Origin: Candidatus Thorarchaeota archaeon | GTDB lineage: Archaea > Asgardarchaeota > Thorarchaeia > Thorarchaeales > Thorarchaeaceae | DNA length: 64,000 nt | Direction: 5' to 3' | Assembly (NCBI GenBank): GCA_048882485.1 | Contig: JBHLRP010000013.1 | Coordinates: forward strand, 1 to 64,000 | In this document: piece after piece, positions 10,195-20,072 of the stretch | Position numbering within the stretch: position 1 is the stretch's first letter | How the letters are laid out: every line of letters begins with the position of its first letter | Made by a program: the position numbers and the translations under genes | Notes under the pieces: generated by a model | The model's input: the letters and a program-made list of their open reading frames with translations, nothing else | What the model was told of the DNA's origin: nothing | The model's database searches: none

Positions 10195-11691
10195 ATGGCG
10201 AGAATTGGATTCGAGATAGTCGCGGTGTTGATAATCGCAGCAATGAGCCTCCTCGCATTCGTCTTGGCCATTGCCTTCAATCAACTAGGTATTGCGGTTG
10301 TTGTGGTATTTGTTGGTACATATGCCCTCATTAGTTCTGAGAAGCTGAACCGGACAGGCATGTCACTGCTAGGCATGGCTATAATTGGGGCGGTGTTCTG
10401 GGCCTCACATCTGATTCTTGGAAACGAACAACCCTTGGTCTTCCTTGATCTTGTTCATAACATAGAATGGGACACGGTACTCTTTGTCACATCAATGATG
10501 ATCATCGTTGCAGTGGCAGGTGGGTCTGGAATGTTCCAGTACCTTGCGCTGACACTAGCTAGGCCAAGTGGAGGAATTCATAAGAGTCTCTACACCATCT
10601 TTCTCCTCTTCGTATTCTTTATCTCTCTCTTTTTGGATAATGTATCTACTACATTGGTAATGGCACCTCTCACGATACAGGTGTGTAGGGCACTGGAAAT
10701 CGACTTCAAGCCGTTCCTAGTCAGCGAAGCAATTGTCTGCAATATTGGATCTATCCCCTCTATCGTGGGTGCTGTTCCAAACATAGTAATTGCTGAGGCA
10801 ACAGAATTAGATGCGGGTCTACTTTTCATTACCTTCATGCCCTTGTCCTTCTTACTCCTGTTAGTCACATGGTTCCTATTGGGCCGTTATTACAGCTCGT
10901 CTTTTGGAGAAACCGATTTTGATAGAGCGGACTTCCTGTTTGACATAGACCCATCAATGATGATTAAATCCAGAACTGATTTCTGGGCATCTGCGATAGC
11001 TTTTGGTTTCCTCGTCACGGGATTTGCACTTGGTCCATCGCTATCAATAAAGCCAGTCATGGTAGCGCTCCTTGTTGCAGCAGCACTATTGATATTGGCT
11101 CATGACAGGGCAGTTGAGTTCCTTGCCGAAGTGGGCTGGGATACCGTATTCTTCTTGGTTGGCCTCTTTGGCTTGGTAGGAGCATTATCCTTGACAGGTC
11201 TCATCGATGCACTTGGTGACGCATTAGGAAGCATCATAGGGGACAACTCACTACTAGCCATTGTATTCATGATTTGGGTGCCAGCGACTCTTTCAGCATT
11301 TCTAGACAATCTACCGGTTTCTGCAGTACTTGCCCCGATTGCATTACAGCTAGCGCCAGTCAGCTCAATACTTCCTCTGACGCTTGTCTTCGCAGTAGGT
11401 GTTGGGGGCAATGTGTTCACTCCTCTTGGATCACCATCTAATATGGTGGCAATTGGATTCTCAGAGAGAGAACATGATCCAATTTCATACAGAGATTTTG
11501 CAATTGCTGGAACAATTGCAGGTATGGCTCATTTGATTATTGGCACCATTTACCTTCTGCTGGTCGAATTCATCGAAATGGCAATCATAACAATTGGAGG
11601 AATAGCCCTATCAATCATTGGTTTCGTATTCATTCTCCTTCCTTATGTTCGGGTCAACCAAGACATGCCGATAGGGAGTAGGGGAAACTAA
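10195..11691 (+). CDS. ArsB/NhaD (ion transporter superfamily) permease, paralogue 1
   Basis: SLFLDNVST, SAFLDNLP, TPLGSPSN; many TM helices. Confidence 0.85.
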   Translation: MARIGFEIVAVLIIAAMSLLAFVLAIAFNQLGIAVVVVFVGTYALISSEKLNRTGMSLLGMAIIGAVFWASHLILGNEQPLVFLDLVHNIEWDTVLFVTSMMIIVAVAGGSGMFQYLALTLARPSGGIHKSLYTIFLLFVFFISLFLDNVSTTLVMAPLTIQVCRALEIDFKPFLVSEAIVCNIGSIPSIVGAVPNIVIAEATELDAGLLFITFMPLSFLLLLVTWFLLGRYYSSSFGETDFDRADFLFDIDPSMMIKSRTDFWASAIAFGFLVTGFALGPSLSIKPVMVALLVAAALLILAHDRAVEFLAEVGWDTVFFLVGLFGLVGALSLTGLIDALGDALGSIIGDNSLLAIVFMIWVPATLSAFLDNLPVSAVLAPIALQLAPVSSILPLTLVFAVGVGGNVFTPLGSPSNMVAIGFSEREHDPISYRDFAIAGTIAGMAHLIIGTIYLLLVEFIEMAIITIGGIALSIIGFVFILLPYVRVNQDMPIGSRGN

Positions 11692-11818
11692 ATAGTGTAT
11701 CAGCTCCCCATACTCACTCAGTGACATGCCGAAAGTGTCGTCAATGCTACCTCTACAACAGATAGGGTTATTTGGCAGCTGCGATGGCGACTGTGCTAAA
11801 GACGAGAGGTGAGATTGT

Positions 11819-13093
11819 TTGGTTGCAGAGATTATAGTGATAGTGTTTGTAATCACATACCTCGCCATTTCGTCTGAGAAAGTGAATAGAACTGCTACTG
11901 CACTGCTTGGCATGGGTGTTGTAGGAATCGTTCTCTGGGCTACTGGCACAGCAGGGTTCGACGAAGTAGCAGATCTTATCGAATGGACAACCATTCTATT
12001 TGTGACTGCTATGTTCATCATAGTCACAATAGCAGCATCTTCAGGCATGTTTCAGTACCTAGCGTTGGAACTCACGAGGCGTACAGAGGGTGTAACGAAA
12101 CGCCTTTTCATATCGCTGCTTGCCTTTGTATTTGTCATTTCTCTATTCTTCGACACCACATCTACGATGCTCATAATGGGACCTCTCACAATAGAGATAT
12201 GCAAGGCGCTTGAGATTGATTTCAGACCTTTCTTAATATCAGAAGCCGTCACCTGTAATTTTGCATCTGTCCCTTCAATCGTAGGAGCAGTTCCAAATCT
12301 GCTCGTGGCCGAAAAAGCAGATGTTGACCCAGGTGTTCTTTTTGAGTTATTGATGCCGCTCTCTGTGATTCTCTTTTTAGTATCAGTCCCACTCCTTCTT
12401 CGATTCTTCAATGAACAGCTCAAGCCGTCTGAGGAGTATCTTGTATCCCAAATGATGCTCATCAACCCCCAGTACATGATACGTTCGAGATCAGATTTTT
12501 ACCTCTCGATAGTCGCCATGATTATCCTTGTACTCGGATTCACTCTTGGCCCCGCCACAGGTCTACAGCCAGCAGTAATTGCGATAACTGTAGCTGCTGG
12601 ACTCCTTATACTCGCACGTGAATGGGTCGATGAGATTTTGAAACGTGTCAACTGGGGTACTATCTTCTTCCTAATAGGACTGTTCGGGCTTATTGCTGCA
12701 CTCCAATTGATTGGCATAATAGCAGCAATAGGAGAGGCCATTGATGCTCTAATTCAGGGTAATGTGCTGCTTGGAATAGTCTTCATGGTTTGGGTACCAG
12801 CACTTCTATCCGCAGTCATTGACAACATTCCAGTTTCGGCCGTTCTAGCACCTATTGCCGCACAATTTACAGTAATCAGTCCTCTTCTGGCCATCGCGCT
12901 CATATTTGCAGTTAATGTCGGTGGGTTTCTCCTTCCAATCGGCGCGCCAGCTAACATCTTGGCATTGGCATTGTCTGAGAAAGAACACAAACCGATTAAG
13001 ATGATTGAATTCGCCAAGATTGCCACTCCTCTCGGCTTCTTGATGCTCGCTATTGGAACCGGATGGCTCTTGCTGCTTGGAGTTTTTGTATAG
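11819..13093 (+). CDS. ArsB/NhaD permease, paralogue 2
   Basis: SSEKVNRT, SAVIDNIP, LPIGAPAN; colinear with the upstream paralogue. Confidence 0.85.
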   Translation: MVAEIIVIVFVITYLAISSEKVNRTATALLGMGVVGIVLWATGTAGFDEVADLIEWTTILFVTAMFIIVTIAASSGMFQYLALELTRRTEGVTKRLFISLLAFVFVISLFFDTTSTMLIMGPLTIEICKALEIDFRPFLISEAVTCNFASVPSIVGAVPNLLVAEKADVDPGVLFELLMPLSVILFLVSVPLLLRFFNEQLKPSEEYLVSQMMLINPQYMIRSRSDFYLSIVAMIILVLGFTLGPATGLQPAVIAITVAAGLLILAREWVDEILKRVNWGTIFFLIGLFGLIAALQLIGIIAAIGEAIDALIQGNVLLGIVFMVWVPALLSAVIDNIPVSAVLAPIAAQFTVISPLLAIALIFAVNVGGFLLPIGAPANILALALSEKEHKPIKMIEFAKIATPLGFLMLAIGTGWLLLLGVFV

Positions 13094-13165
13094 AAAGAAG
13101 GCGGCGCCCCGCCCCCGTCGTGTGCCGCCGGGAGGACAGAACTCAACGGAGACTGGACACCGGGC
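13092..13165 (-). ncRNA. Candidate ~70-nt structured small RNA (long G·U-rich hairpin)
   Basis: GC-rich intergenic stretch; 23 bp in three stems with 7 G·U pairs that form only on the minus strand; followed by TTCTTTCT. Confidence 0.55.
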
Positions 13166-13231
13166 TGTTAGTATGTGCAAAGGCTATTAGCAATATGGGT
13201 TGTGACATGCGCAGCGGAGAAAGAGAAATCA

Positions 13232-13726
13232 ATGCCAAAGCGAACTCGATGCCCCCATTGTGACCGACTGTTCAATCGGGATGTGCTTGACTCTCACATC
13301 CAAAAATGCAGAACTCGAAGCAGGAAGAGCATCGAAGAAGCAAGAACTAGAAAGAAGAATCTGGTACTTGACGGGAACAACATTGCATATCATCTCGCAC
13401 CAGCTGGCAAGCCAAGAGTTGCTAATCTTGTCCTAGCAAGACACAGTCTGGTCACCTCTGGTTACAGACCAGTTATTGTCATATCAGCCGCACTAATCCA
13501 CAAGGTCGACAAGCCCGACAGACTCCGCGAGATGATTGACTTTGGATATATTGTTGAGGCTCCAAGAGGGAAGAATGACGACCTCATCATCATTCAGACT
13601 GCACAGCGATCAGATGCAGATATTGTGAGCAACGACAGATTCCTCGACTGGCAGGAGAGGTTCCCTTGGATCTCCGATCGTCTGAGAAGATATCGGATGA
13701 CTCCTTCAGGCCTGATTCTGACATGA
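13232..13726 (+). CDS. C2HC zinc finger plus Zc3h12a/Regnase-like NYN (PIN) ribonuclease
   Basis: CPHC-x11-H-x3-C; LDGNNIA, NDDLIII, IVSNDRFLDW acidic PIN motifs. Confidence 0.85.
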   Translation: MPKRTRCPHCDRLFNRDVLDSHIQKCRTRSRKSIEEARTRKKNLVLDGNNIAYHLAPAGKPRVANLVLARHSLVTSGYRPVIVISAALIHKVDKPDRLREMIDFGYIVEAPRGKNDDLIIIQTAQRSDADIVSNDRFLDWQERFPWISDRLRRYRMTPSGLILT

Positions 13727-13806
13727 CAGGATGACCTTCAGCAAAACCGTTAAAATCATTCAGAGAATGCCACACTGAAACACACCTGTGGACTGGTGAA
13801 CATATT

Positions 13807-15594
13807 ATGCGTGCCCACGAATTGAGAGCGCTTTACTTGAAGTTTTTCCAAGAAAGAAAACATGCAATAATAGGCTCTGCTTCCCTGATGCCTGAAAATG
13901 ATCCTACTGCGCTCTATGTTATGGCAGGCATGCATCCACTCATGCCATTCCTGCTGGGTCAGCCCCATCCTGAAGGGAAACGCTTGGCTAACGTCCAGAA
14001 GTGTATTCGAACCATAGACATTGACGAGGTTGGCGACACAACACATCTCACATTCTTCGAGATGCTAGGAAACTGGAGCCTCAATGACTACTGGAAAAAG
14101 GAAGCGATAACATGGAGCTACGAGTTCCTCACATCCAAGAAGTGGCTGGGATTTACCCCTGAGAAGCTTTCAGTCACGGTGTTTGAAGGTGATGATGATG
14201 CACCAATGGATAATGAAGCAGTTGAGATATGGCGCTCTGTAGGCATTCCAGACGAGCGCATCTATTACCTTCCGAAGGAGGACAACTGGTGGGGTCCCCC
14301 TGGCAAGGTGGGTCCGTGTGGACCATGCACGGAGATGTTCATTGAGGTAGATGAGATTCCAAAGTGTGGCCCTGATTGCAAGCCGGGGTGTCACTGCGGA
14401 CACTTCGTGGAGGTCTGGAACGATGTCTTCATGGAATACAACCTGAAAGAAGATGGCGGCTACGAGAGATTGGAGCAGAGGAATATTGACACTGGCATGG
14501 GAGTCGAGAGAACTGTAGCCATGTTACAAGGAGTTCCATCTGTCTTCGATATCGAGCTCTTCATTCCACTCATTGAGAAGATTAGGATTCTCTCAGGTAA
14601 AGATGTGATGTCTGAGGAAGAAGACCGGCTCGCAAAGATAATAGCTGACCACGTTAAGTCAGCTGTCATGATCATGGCGGATGATGCTCAGATTGCCCCC
14701 TCAAATGTAGAGCACGGATATATCGTACGGAGGCTCTTGAGAAAGGCGATTCTCAGCGCAGACAAACTTGGCATTGGGAAGGGATTCATGGAGGCACTGG
14801 CGGACATCACCATCGGGATGTACAAGGACGTCTATGAAGAAGTTGAAAGGAATCGCGACTTCATCAAGAAGAATTTGGAGGGTGAAGAGGCTAAATTCCG
14901 CAAGACCTTGCGGAAAGCACTTGGGAAGTTTGATAGAATGTTCCAAGAGAATGGGACGATTACAGGGAAGGACGCATTTCTTCTATTCACTAGCTTTGGG
15001 CTTCCTCTTGAGATGACGAGGGATTTGGCTGAGGAAAAGGGCATACAGATTGACCTTGATGAGTTTCGGAAGGAGTTTGAACATCACAGAGACATATCAA
15101 GAACTGCCACTGAGGGGAAGTTCAAGGGCGGCCTTGCAGACCATGGTGAAGAACATACCAAGCTCCATACAGCGACTCATCTGTTGCAGGCAGCACTGAG
15201 AAAAGTCCTTGGCGAAAAAGTGCAGCAGAGCGGTAGCAACATCACAAAGGAGCGTCTTCGATTTGACTTTACGTTCGATCGCAAGCTTACGCCAGAAGAG
15301 GTACAGGAAGTAGAGGAACTGGTCAATGGTATCATCAAAGACGACCTAGAAGTGACAAGGGAGTTCATGCCCTACGATGAGGCAATAGCCCAGGGCGCGA
15401 TGGCATTCTTTAAGGAAACATATGGAGACACAGTTTCTGTGTATTCAGTGGGCGATTTTAGCATGGAACTCTGCGGTGGACCCCACGTCGAACGAACTGG
15501 CATACTAGGCTATTTCAAAATTACCAAGCAAAAGAAGATTGGTGCGGGAATCATGCGGATACGTGCAATTCTTGAGCCTGCTGATGCATCCTAG
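13807..15594 (+). CDS. alaS: Alanine--tRNA ligase, short form without C-Ala domain
   Basis: AGMHPL, QKCIRT, FFEMLGNWS, IDTGMGVER, HTATHLL, ELCGGPHV. Confidence 0.97.
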   Translation: MRAHELRALYLKFFQERKHAIIGSASLMPENDPTALYVMAGMHPLMPFLLGQPHPEGKRLANVQKCIRTIDIDEVGDTTHLTFFEMLGNWSLNDYWKKEAITWSYEFLTSKKWLGFTPEKLSVTVFEGDDDAPMDNEAVEIWRSVGIPDERIYYLPKEDNWWGPPGKVGPCGPCTEMFIEVDEIPKCGPDCKPGCHCGHFVEVWNDVFMEYNLKEDGGYERLEQRNIDTGMGVERTVAMLQGVPSVFDIELFIPLIEKIRILSGKDVMSEEEDRLAKIIADHVKSAVMIMADDAQIAPSNVEHGYIVRRLLRKAILSADKLGIGKGFMEALADITIGMYKDVYEEVERNRDFIKKNLEGEEAKFRKTLRKALGKFDRMFQENGTITGKDAFLLFTSFGLPLEMTRDLAEEKGIQIDLDEFRKEFEHHRDISRTATEGKFKGGLADHGEEHTKLHTATHLLQAALRKVLGEKVQQSGSNITKERLRFDFTFDRKLTPEEVQEVEELVNGIIKDDLEVTREFMPYDEAIAQGAMAFFKETYGDTVSVYSVGDFSMELCGGPHVERTGILGYFKITKQKKIGAGIMRIRAILEPADAS

Positions 15595-15736
15595 GGACTG
15601 AAAGAGTGAGAAATATCAGCACAGCTTTAAGCGCAATGCCCATATTGCCTCGTTACGATATAAGCAACAGAAAGGGATTTTTGAGTCCCTTTGTACTCCC
15701 AAGAGGGAGCGCATTATTCGAACTGAGTGAAAGAAA

Positions 15737-16399
15737 ATGGGAACGTTTTCGAAGATTTTTGGTCTCGGGGATAAAGACCTCCAGAAGCAGGCTGATGAGC
15801 TTCTCCTGAAACTAAGCAAAGCATTGCAATCAGCTAGTGCAAAACTGCATGTCTGTACCGATGACTGGGAGGATGGCAAGATGAAGCATCTTGACGAGTT
15901 GCAAGATGAAATAATCACCCTTGAGAGAGAAGCAGATGCAGTCAAGGAGGAGTTTTATGAGAAGATATTCTCTAAGCGAGCCTATCTCCCTCAGCAGACC
16001 CAGGAACGATATCAACTAGTCCAGCACATGGACAGCGTAGTGGATGCCGCTGAGGAGGCGGTCAGGATGATGCTTGTGGGAAGAGACTACAAGCCACCTG
16101 AGGAACTAACAGATATTGCTGAAAAGAGCTGGATCTGTACAGACCTCCTACAAGACGCAGTCAAATATCTGTTCACAGATTTCAAGAGGGCTGTGGACTT
16201 TACTATCAAAATCGACAGAGTCAGGGAGGAAGCAAGAGACCTTCATTTCAAACTGCTCGAGAACCTGTTCAATGACAAGAAGTACACAGCAAAGCAAGTC
16301 AGCCTTTTTCGTGCAGTATCAGAGAGGCTCATTCTTGTAGCTGTGAGAGCTGAGGATACAGGCGATTTCATTCGCACTATAGTGCTGAAGTACTCATAA
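15737..16399 (+). CDS. DUF47/PhoU-like phosphate transport regulator
   Basis: LEREADAVK...AEDTGD; directly upstream of PiT. Confidence 0.85.
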   Translation: MGTFSKIFGLGDKDLQKQADELLLKLSKALQSASAKLHVCTDDWEDGKMKHLDELQDEIITLEREADAVKEEFYEKIFSKRAYLPQQTQERYQLVQHMDSVVDAAEEAVRMMLVGRDYKPPEELTDIAEKSWICTDLLQDAVKYLFTDFKRAVDFTIKIDRVREEARDLHFKLLENLFNDKKYTAKQVSLFRAVSERLILVAVRAEDTGDFIRTIVLKYS

Positions 16400-16418
16400 T
16401 CAGGGAGGACCTCAGGAA

Positions 16419-17447
16419 TTGGAGCCAGTCCTACTAGGCGTATTGCTCGTCATCAGCTTTCTTGTTGCGTTTGCCATTGGAAGCAATGACGAGGCAATGG
16501 CACCAGCTGTTGGGGCAAGAGTCTTCACACTTAATGCAGCTGTTGCCATTGGCGGACTAATAACCGTGTTGGGGGCAGTTACTATGGGCGGCAATGTTTC
16601 TGAGAAAGTTGGCTCTGACTTAGTAGGGGGCCTAACGCTTTCCACTGAAATGGTATTTGCCATTCTAATATCAATGGCAATTTGGCTATTGATAGCATCT
16701 GCAACCAAAGGGCTTCCAATTAGTACGACACAATGCATAGTGGGGTCTGTGATTGGTGTGGCTGTATTCGCTCCCGTGATGGGATTTATTGGATGGGGTG
16801 CTGAGGCGATAGACTGGTTTGTTGTACTGGAGGTATTTGCAGGCTGGATAATTTCGCCAGTAATTGGCTTCCTAATCGCTGCAGCAGTCTTTGCGATGGT
16901 AAGACGCATCCAGAAGCGAGCAGAAGGATTCTCTGAATTCGAGCGACAGGAGAGGATTGCTTCCTACGGTCTAGCAGCTTTTTTGATATGGACATCCTTA
17001 AGTAGAGGAGGGAATGATGTAGCCAATGCTATAGCTCCCATTGTAGTGCTTCCTGATTTCCAAGGCACGGTCGATTTTGGAATTATCGTCCTACCCACTG
17101 TGATGTTACCACTTCTCATTGGTGGTCTTGGAATGGCTCTAGGACTGATTATTGTTGGGAGAAAGGTGATTAGAACACTTGCAACTGAAGTTGTGACTCT
17201 TTCTCCTTCTTCAGCGCTTGCTGCGAGTGTGTCTGTGGCTCTGATAATGTTCGTTGGAACTCTTCTTGGATTGCCTCTTAGTGGAACCCATGTCCTTGTT
17301 GCAGCTCTAATTGCGGTGGGGTGGGTGTCAGAAACGCCTGTTCAGATGAAACAAGTAAAGGACATTCTGATATCATGGATTATAACCGTGCCAATCTCAG
17401 CAATCCTTGGAATGGTGGTTTTTGCAGCAATTCTTGGATTCGTCTAG
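16419..17447 (+). CDS. pit: Inorganic phosphate transporter (PiT family)
   Basis: GSNDE and GGNDVANA signatures, GLPISTT, LPLSGTH. Confidence 0.92.
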   Translation: MEPVLLGVLLVISFLVAFAIGSNDEAMAPAVGARVFTLNAAVAIGGLITVLGAVTMGGNVSEKVGSDLVGGLTLSTEMVFAILISMAIWLLIASATKGLPISTTQCIVGSVIGVAVFAPVMGFIGWGAEAIDWFVVLEVFAGWIISPVIGFLIAAAVFAMVRRIQKRAEGFSEFERQERIASYGLAAFLIWTSLSRGGNDVANAIAPIVVLPDFQGTVDFGIIVLPTVMLPLLIGGLGMALGLIIVGRKVIRTLATEVVTLSPSSALAASVSVALIMFVGTLLGLPLSGTHVLVAALIAVGWVSETPVQMKQVKDILISWIITVPISAILGMVVFAAILGFV

Positions 17448-17453
17448 TCATGA

Positions 17454-18233
17454 TTACATGATATCAGGGATTTTATGAACGAGAATGTGATTCTTTGCCA
17501 ATTTGCCCAATTCATTGGCTTCATCCTCTGATAGATGCACCCGATGCTCAGATGCAGGAGTTTCTTTTCTAGTGGCTTCAATTATCGCTAAGTCAGCTCC
17601 ACGGACAATATCTTCAGCACCTATGCACATTCGCGTGTCGCCAGTGTAGGCAATAACTGTATCACCCACACGCACTCGATAACCTAAGGCGGGCATGAGC
17701 TTATCTTGATCAGTTGTATTCTCCATTCCGAAATGACGCACTTCGATCGCCCTCACTTTGAAGAAGTCGGTATCAAACCCCGTCCCATGTGCTAATTCAT
17801 GATACCAGAATTCGAATTGTAGAGATTCCTTGTAGGAGTTTCTGAATCCTCTGATGCTCTGAATTGCTTCTATGCAATCTGCCGGGAGAAGAATGTGCAA
17901 CTTCTCAGACCTCTTCATCATCCGAAGAAATCCAAGAAGTGAATGGATACCTCCCATATGGTCGAAATGCCCGTGCGTTATGGCGATCAAGTCCAAATCG
18001 TGGACGAAGTGAATACCAATATGCAGCAAAAGGTCTCGAAGGGTGCCATCGCCGACATCCAGAAGCATTATTCTTCCAGTGAACTTTGAAATGAGGACGA
18101 TAGTGGTGCCTACGCCAGCAGCACTGAATGGAATTCTCACTTCTACCTCATCATTTTCCCATGCAAAGGGACCTGTGCCATTCATTTTCATCACATTATT
18201 GGTGTATGGGAGGAGCCGGGACGGCCCCTCCAA
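17454..18233 (-). CDS. Metallo-beta-lactamase-fold hydrolase, RNase Z-like
   Basis: THGHFDHMGG, YTGDT, IIEAT, VHLS. Confidence 0.85.
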   Translation of the reverse strand: MEGPSRLLPYTNNVMKMNGTGPFAWENDEVEVRIPFSAAGVGTTIVLISKFTGRIMLLDVGDGTLRDLLLHIGIHFVHDLDLIAITHGHFDHMGGIHSLLGFLRMMKRSEKLHILLPADCIEAIQSIRGFRNSYKESLQFEFWYHELAHGTGFDTDFFKVRAIEVRHFGMENTTDQDKLMPALGYRVRVGDTVIAYTGDTRMCIGAEDIVRGADLAIIEATRKETPASEHRVHLSEDEANELGKLAKNHILVHKIPDIM

Positions 18234-18245
18234 AGGTGTAGAACC

Positions 18246-19469
18246 CTACTGGTCGTAACCAAGTTTTGGTACTCTCGCTAGGAAGTTCATGAAATAGGCG
18301 ATTAGGACAGACACTACTAGACCTGCTGCAGCGTATAGGAGAGAGTCCACAAGAGTCGGCGTTGCTCCACTCAGAATCTGGAGCCAGCTCCAGTAGAATC
18401 CCGCAATGGTCATTCCTGCGAATGCTACCTTCATCAATGGAACTTTGACGCTTCGCGTCTGGAAGATTCCCATATCAGTGAGCGCCGCAGCCAATGCACC
18501 ACCCTTGGCGGGCTTGAGCTTCAGTTTCTTTGAGAAAGATCCAACTGTGACTTTGCTCTTTGGTCTTACTACCTTCATCGCCTTTGGCGCATATTCTGCA
18601 ATGTCCTCGGAGAAGTATCTCACTGCTGATGACTCATCAATGCCACACTTTGAACATTCAACAGCATCCTTCTTCCATTTCTTGCCGCACTTGGGGCATC
18701 TTTTGTGGTCCCAGGATTTTCCAGCTGCATCACTGACTCGGCGGACTAAATCATCCTTGCTGATTGTTTCTCCACCTTTCTTAGGTTTTCGTCGTAGGAC
18801 TACTGCAGCGGGGAAGATCCCTACATCTGAACCTCTCTTTGCTCCGCGCATCTTCCGTGCAGCCAAGATTCCCTTCTGGAAATCATCAAGGGCCATAAGA
18901 AGCGAAAAAACAGCCATCACGGTGAAACCCACGGTAAGCAGTCCAGTAACTGACATGATGGCTGCCGCGCCTGTGGCTCCTATCTGTAAGACAAAATCCT
19001 CAGGCAGTGTAACATTAGTACCTGGGTCACTGAGCAAGGAGTAGATGAAGGCTACCTCGCCAATGATAGTCCCGGATATCAAGTCGATGCCTCCGAAACT
19101 AAGCATCAAGCCGAGGGGTATCGATTCATTGACTAACGGTATGGGAACTCCTGCAGGGACAGTTGACCCAATTGGAATCTCCTGATTGATAAGCGGAAAT
19201 CCCATGTATTGAATCACGAATCTCATGGCATGGATAGTGAGGTTTTGAATAGCCTCAATTGTCAGTTCAAGCTCGAGGTCATTAGTCAAGTTGTAGGGGA
19301 TTGGAGCTGCAACATCTGATTCAGCAGCTGATACCTCATTGACTTCTAAGAGGAATTTCAGGGCATCATCTTCAGTCCAAGTCTGAGCGTGGACTGTGGA
19401 TAGTGGATACACGCAGAGAATTCCAGCAATAAAAAGAATGAATGCAAGGTGTGGTAGCGTCCTTTTCAT
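18246..19469 (-). CDS. Membrane protein with extracellular domain and cytoplasmic zinc ribbon
   Basis: Signal peptide, TM, CPKC-x10-CSKC, two C-terminal TM helices. Confidence 0.7.
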   Translation of the reverse strand: MKRTLPHLAFILFIAGILCVYPLSTVHAQTWTEDDALKFLLEVNEVSAAESDVAAPIPYNLTNDLELELTIEAIQNLTIHAMRFVIQYMGFPLINQEIPIGSTVPAGVPIPLVNESIPLGLMLSFGGIDLISGTIIGEVAFIYSLLSDPGTNVTLPEDFVLQIGATGAAAIMSVTGLLTVGFTVMAVFSLLMALDDFQKGILAARKMRGAKRGSDVGIFPAAVVLRRKPKKGGETISKDDLVRRVSDAAGKSWDHKRCPKCGKKWKKDAVECSKCGIDESSAVRYFSEDIAEYAPKAMKVVRPKSKVTVGSFSKKLKLKPAKGGALAAALTDMGIFQTRSVKVPLMKVAFAGMTIAGFYWSWLQILSGATPTLVDSLLYAAAGLVVSVLIAYFMNFLARVPKLGYDQ

Positions 19470-19550
19470 TTCGAGTGAGCCTCCAATGGCAAAAGCATCG
19501 CGCGTTGGTAGGTTTGCATTGCTTTAATGGTTATCGAGTTTATATTGCTA

Positions 19551-19955
19551 CTATCCACCAGTTGCCTCTCGAAGTTGTCGATCAAACTCTTCGTCATCTT
19601 CCTCAGGATCGAATATGACATGACGCTTGGGAGGCGGTTCTGCGAATGGCTCCCAGTGCAATGCAGCTCCAACTCCTATCCCCCCAAAAGTAGTCATTAT
19701 GCTTAGCAGGAACATCAGACTTAATCTGGCTGCTTCCTCATCTGGAGGAACATCTGGTCTGGCAACGATTATGCCAGTGTTCTGTAGAACTAATGCGATA
19801 ATCACTCCCCCAATTAGCCCAACAGTCAGAGTAATGAAGAATCGATCTCTTGTACTCAGGGACTTGGATGCACCCAAGATATATCCAACGAGAAAACCAA
19901 CCATAAGTCCTGGAAGACCTGCATATAGCGCATCAAAGATGGAGATTTGCAGCAC
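19551..19955 (-). CDS. Small 3-TM membrane protein with acidic tail
   Basis: Hydrophobic helices, DPEEDDEEFDRQL tail. Confidence 0.7.
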   Translation of the reverse strand: MLQISIFDALYAGLPGLMVGFLVGYILGASKSLSTRDRFFITLTVGLIGGVIIALVLQNTGIIVARPDVPPDEEAARLSLMFLLSIMTTFGGIGVGAALHWEPFAEPPPKRHVIFDPEEDDEEFDRQLREATGG

Positions 19956-20072
19956 TTTTCATTCCTCTTGTTGGACTGATAAATAACTGACCTCTCATAA
20001 CACTTCCCATCCAGACCGCACATCACAACAGTTTTACTCAGAGACTTCTCTCATCGCAATGAGGTCGAAAGG

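Noticed and set aside
10195-13093. Arsenite pumps (ArsB) belonging to the arsenic system
   Set aside because: They lie 30 kb from the ars genes, lack the operator boxes, and the superfamily has many substrates
13092-13165. tRNA, because the element starts GCCCGG
   Set aside because: No cloverleaf, TTCGAA T-loop or acceptor stem; it folds as a single long hairpin
18406-19044. Long antisense ORFs (also 21065-21709, 43626-44270, 44961-45566)
   Set aside because: They shadow well-supported genes on the opposite strand and have no motifs
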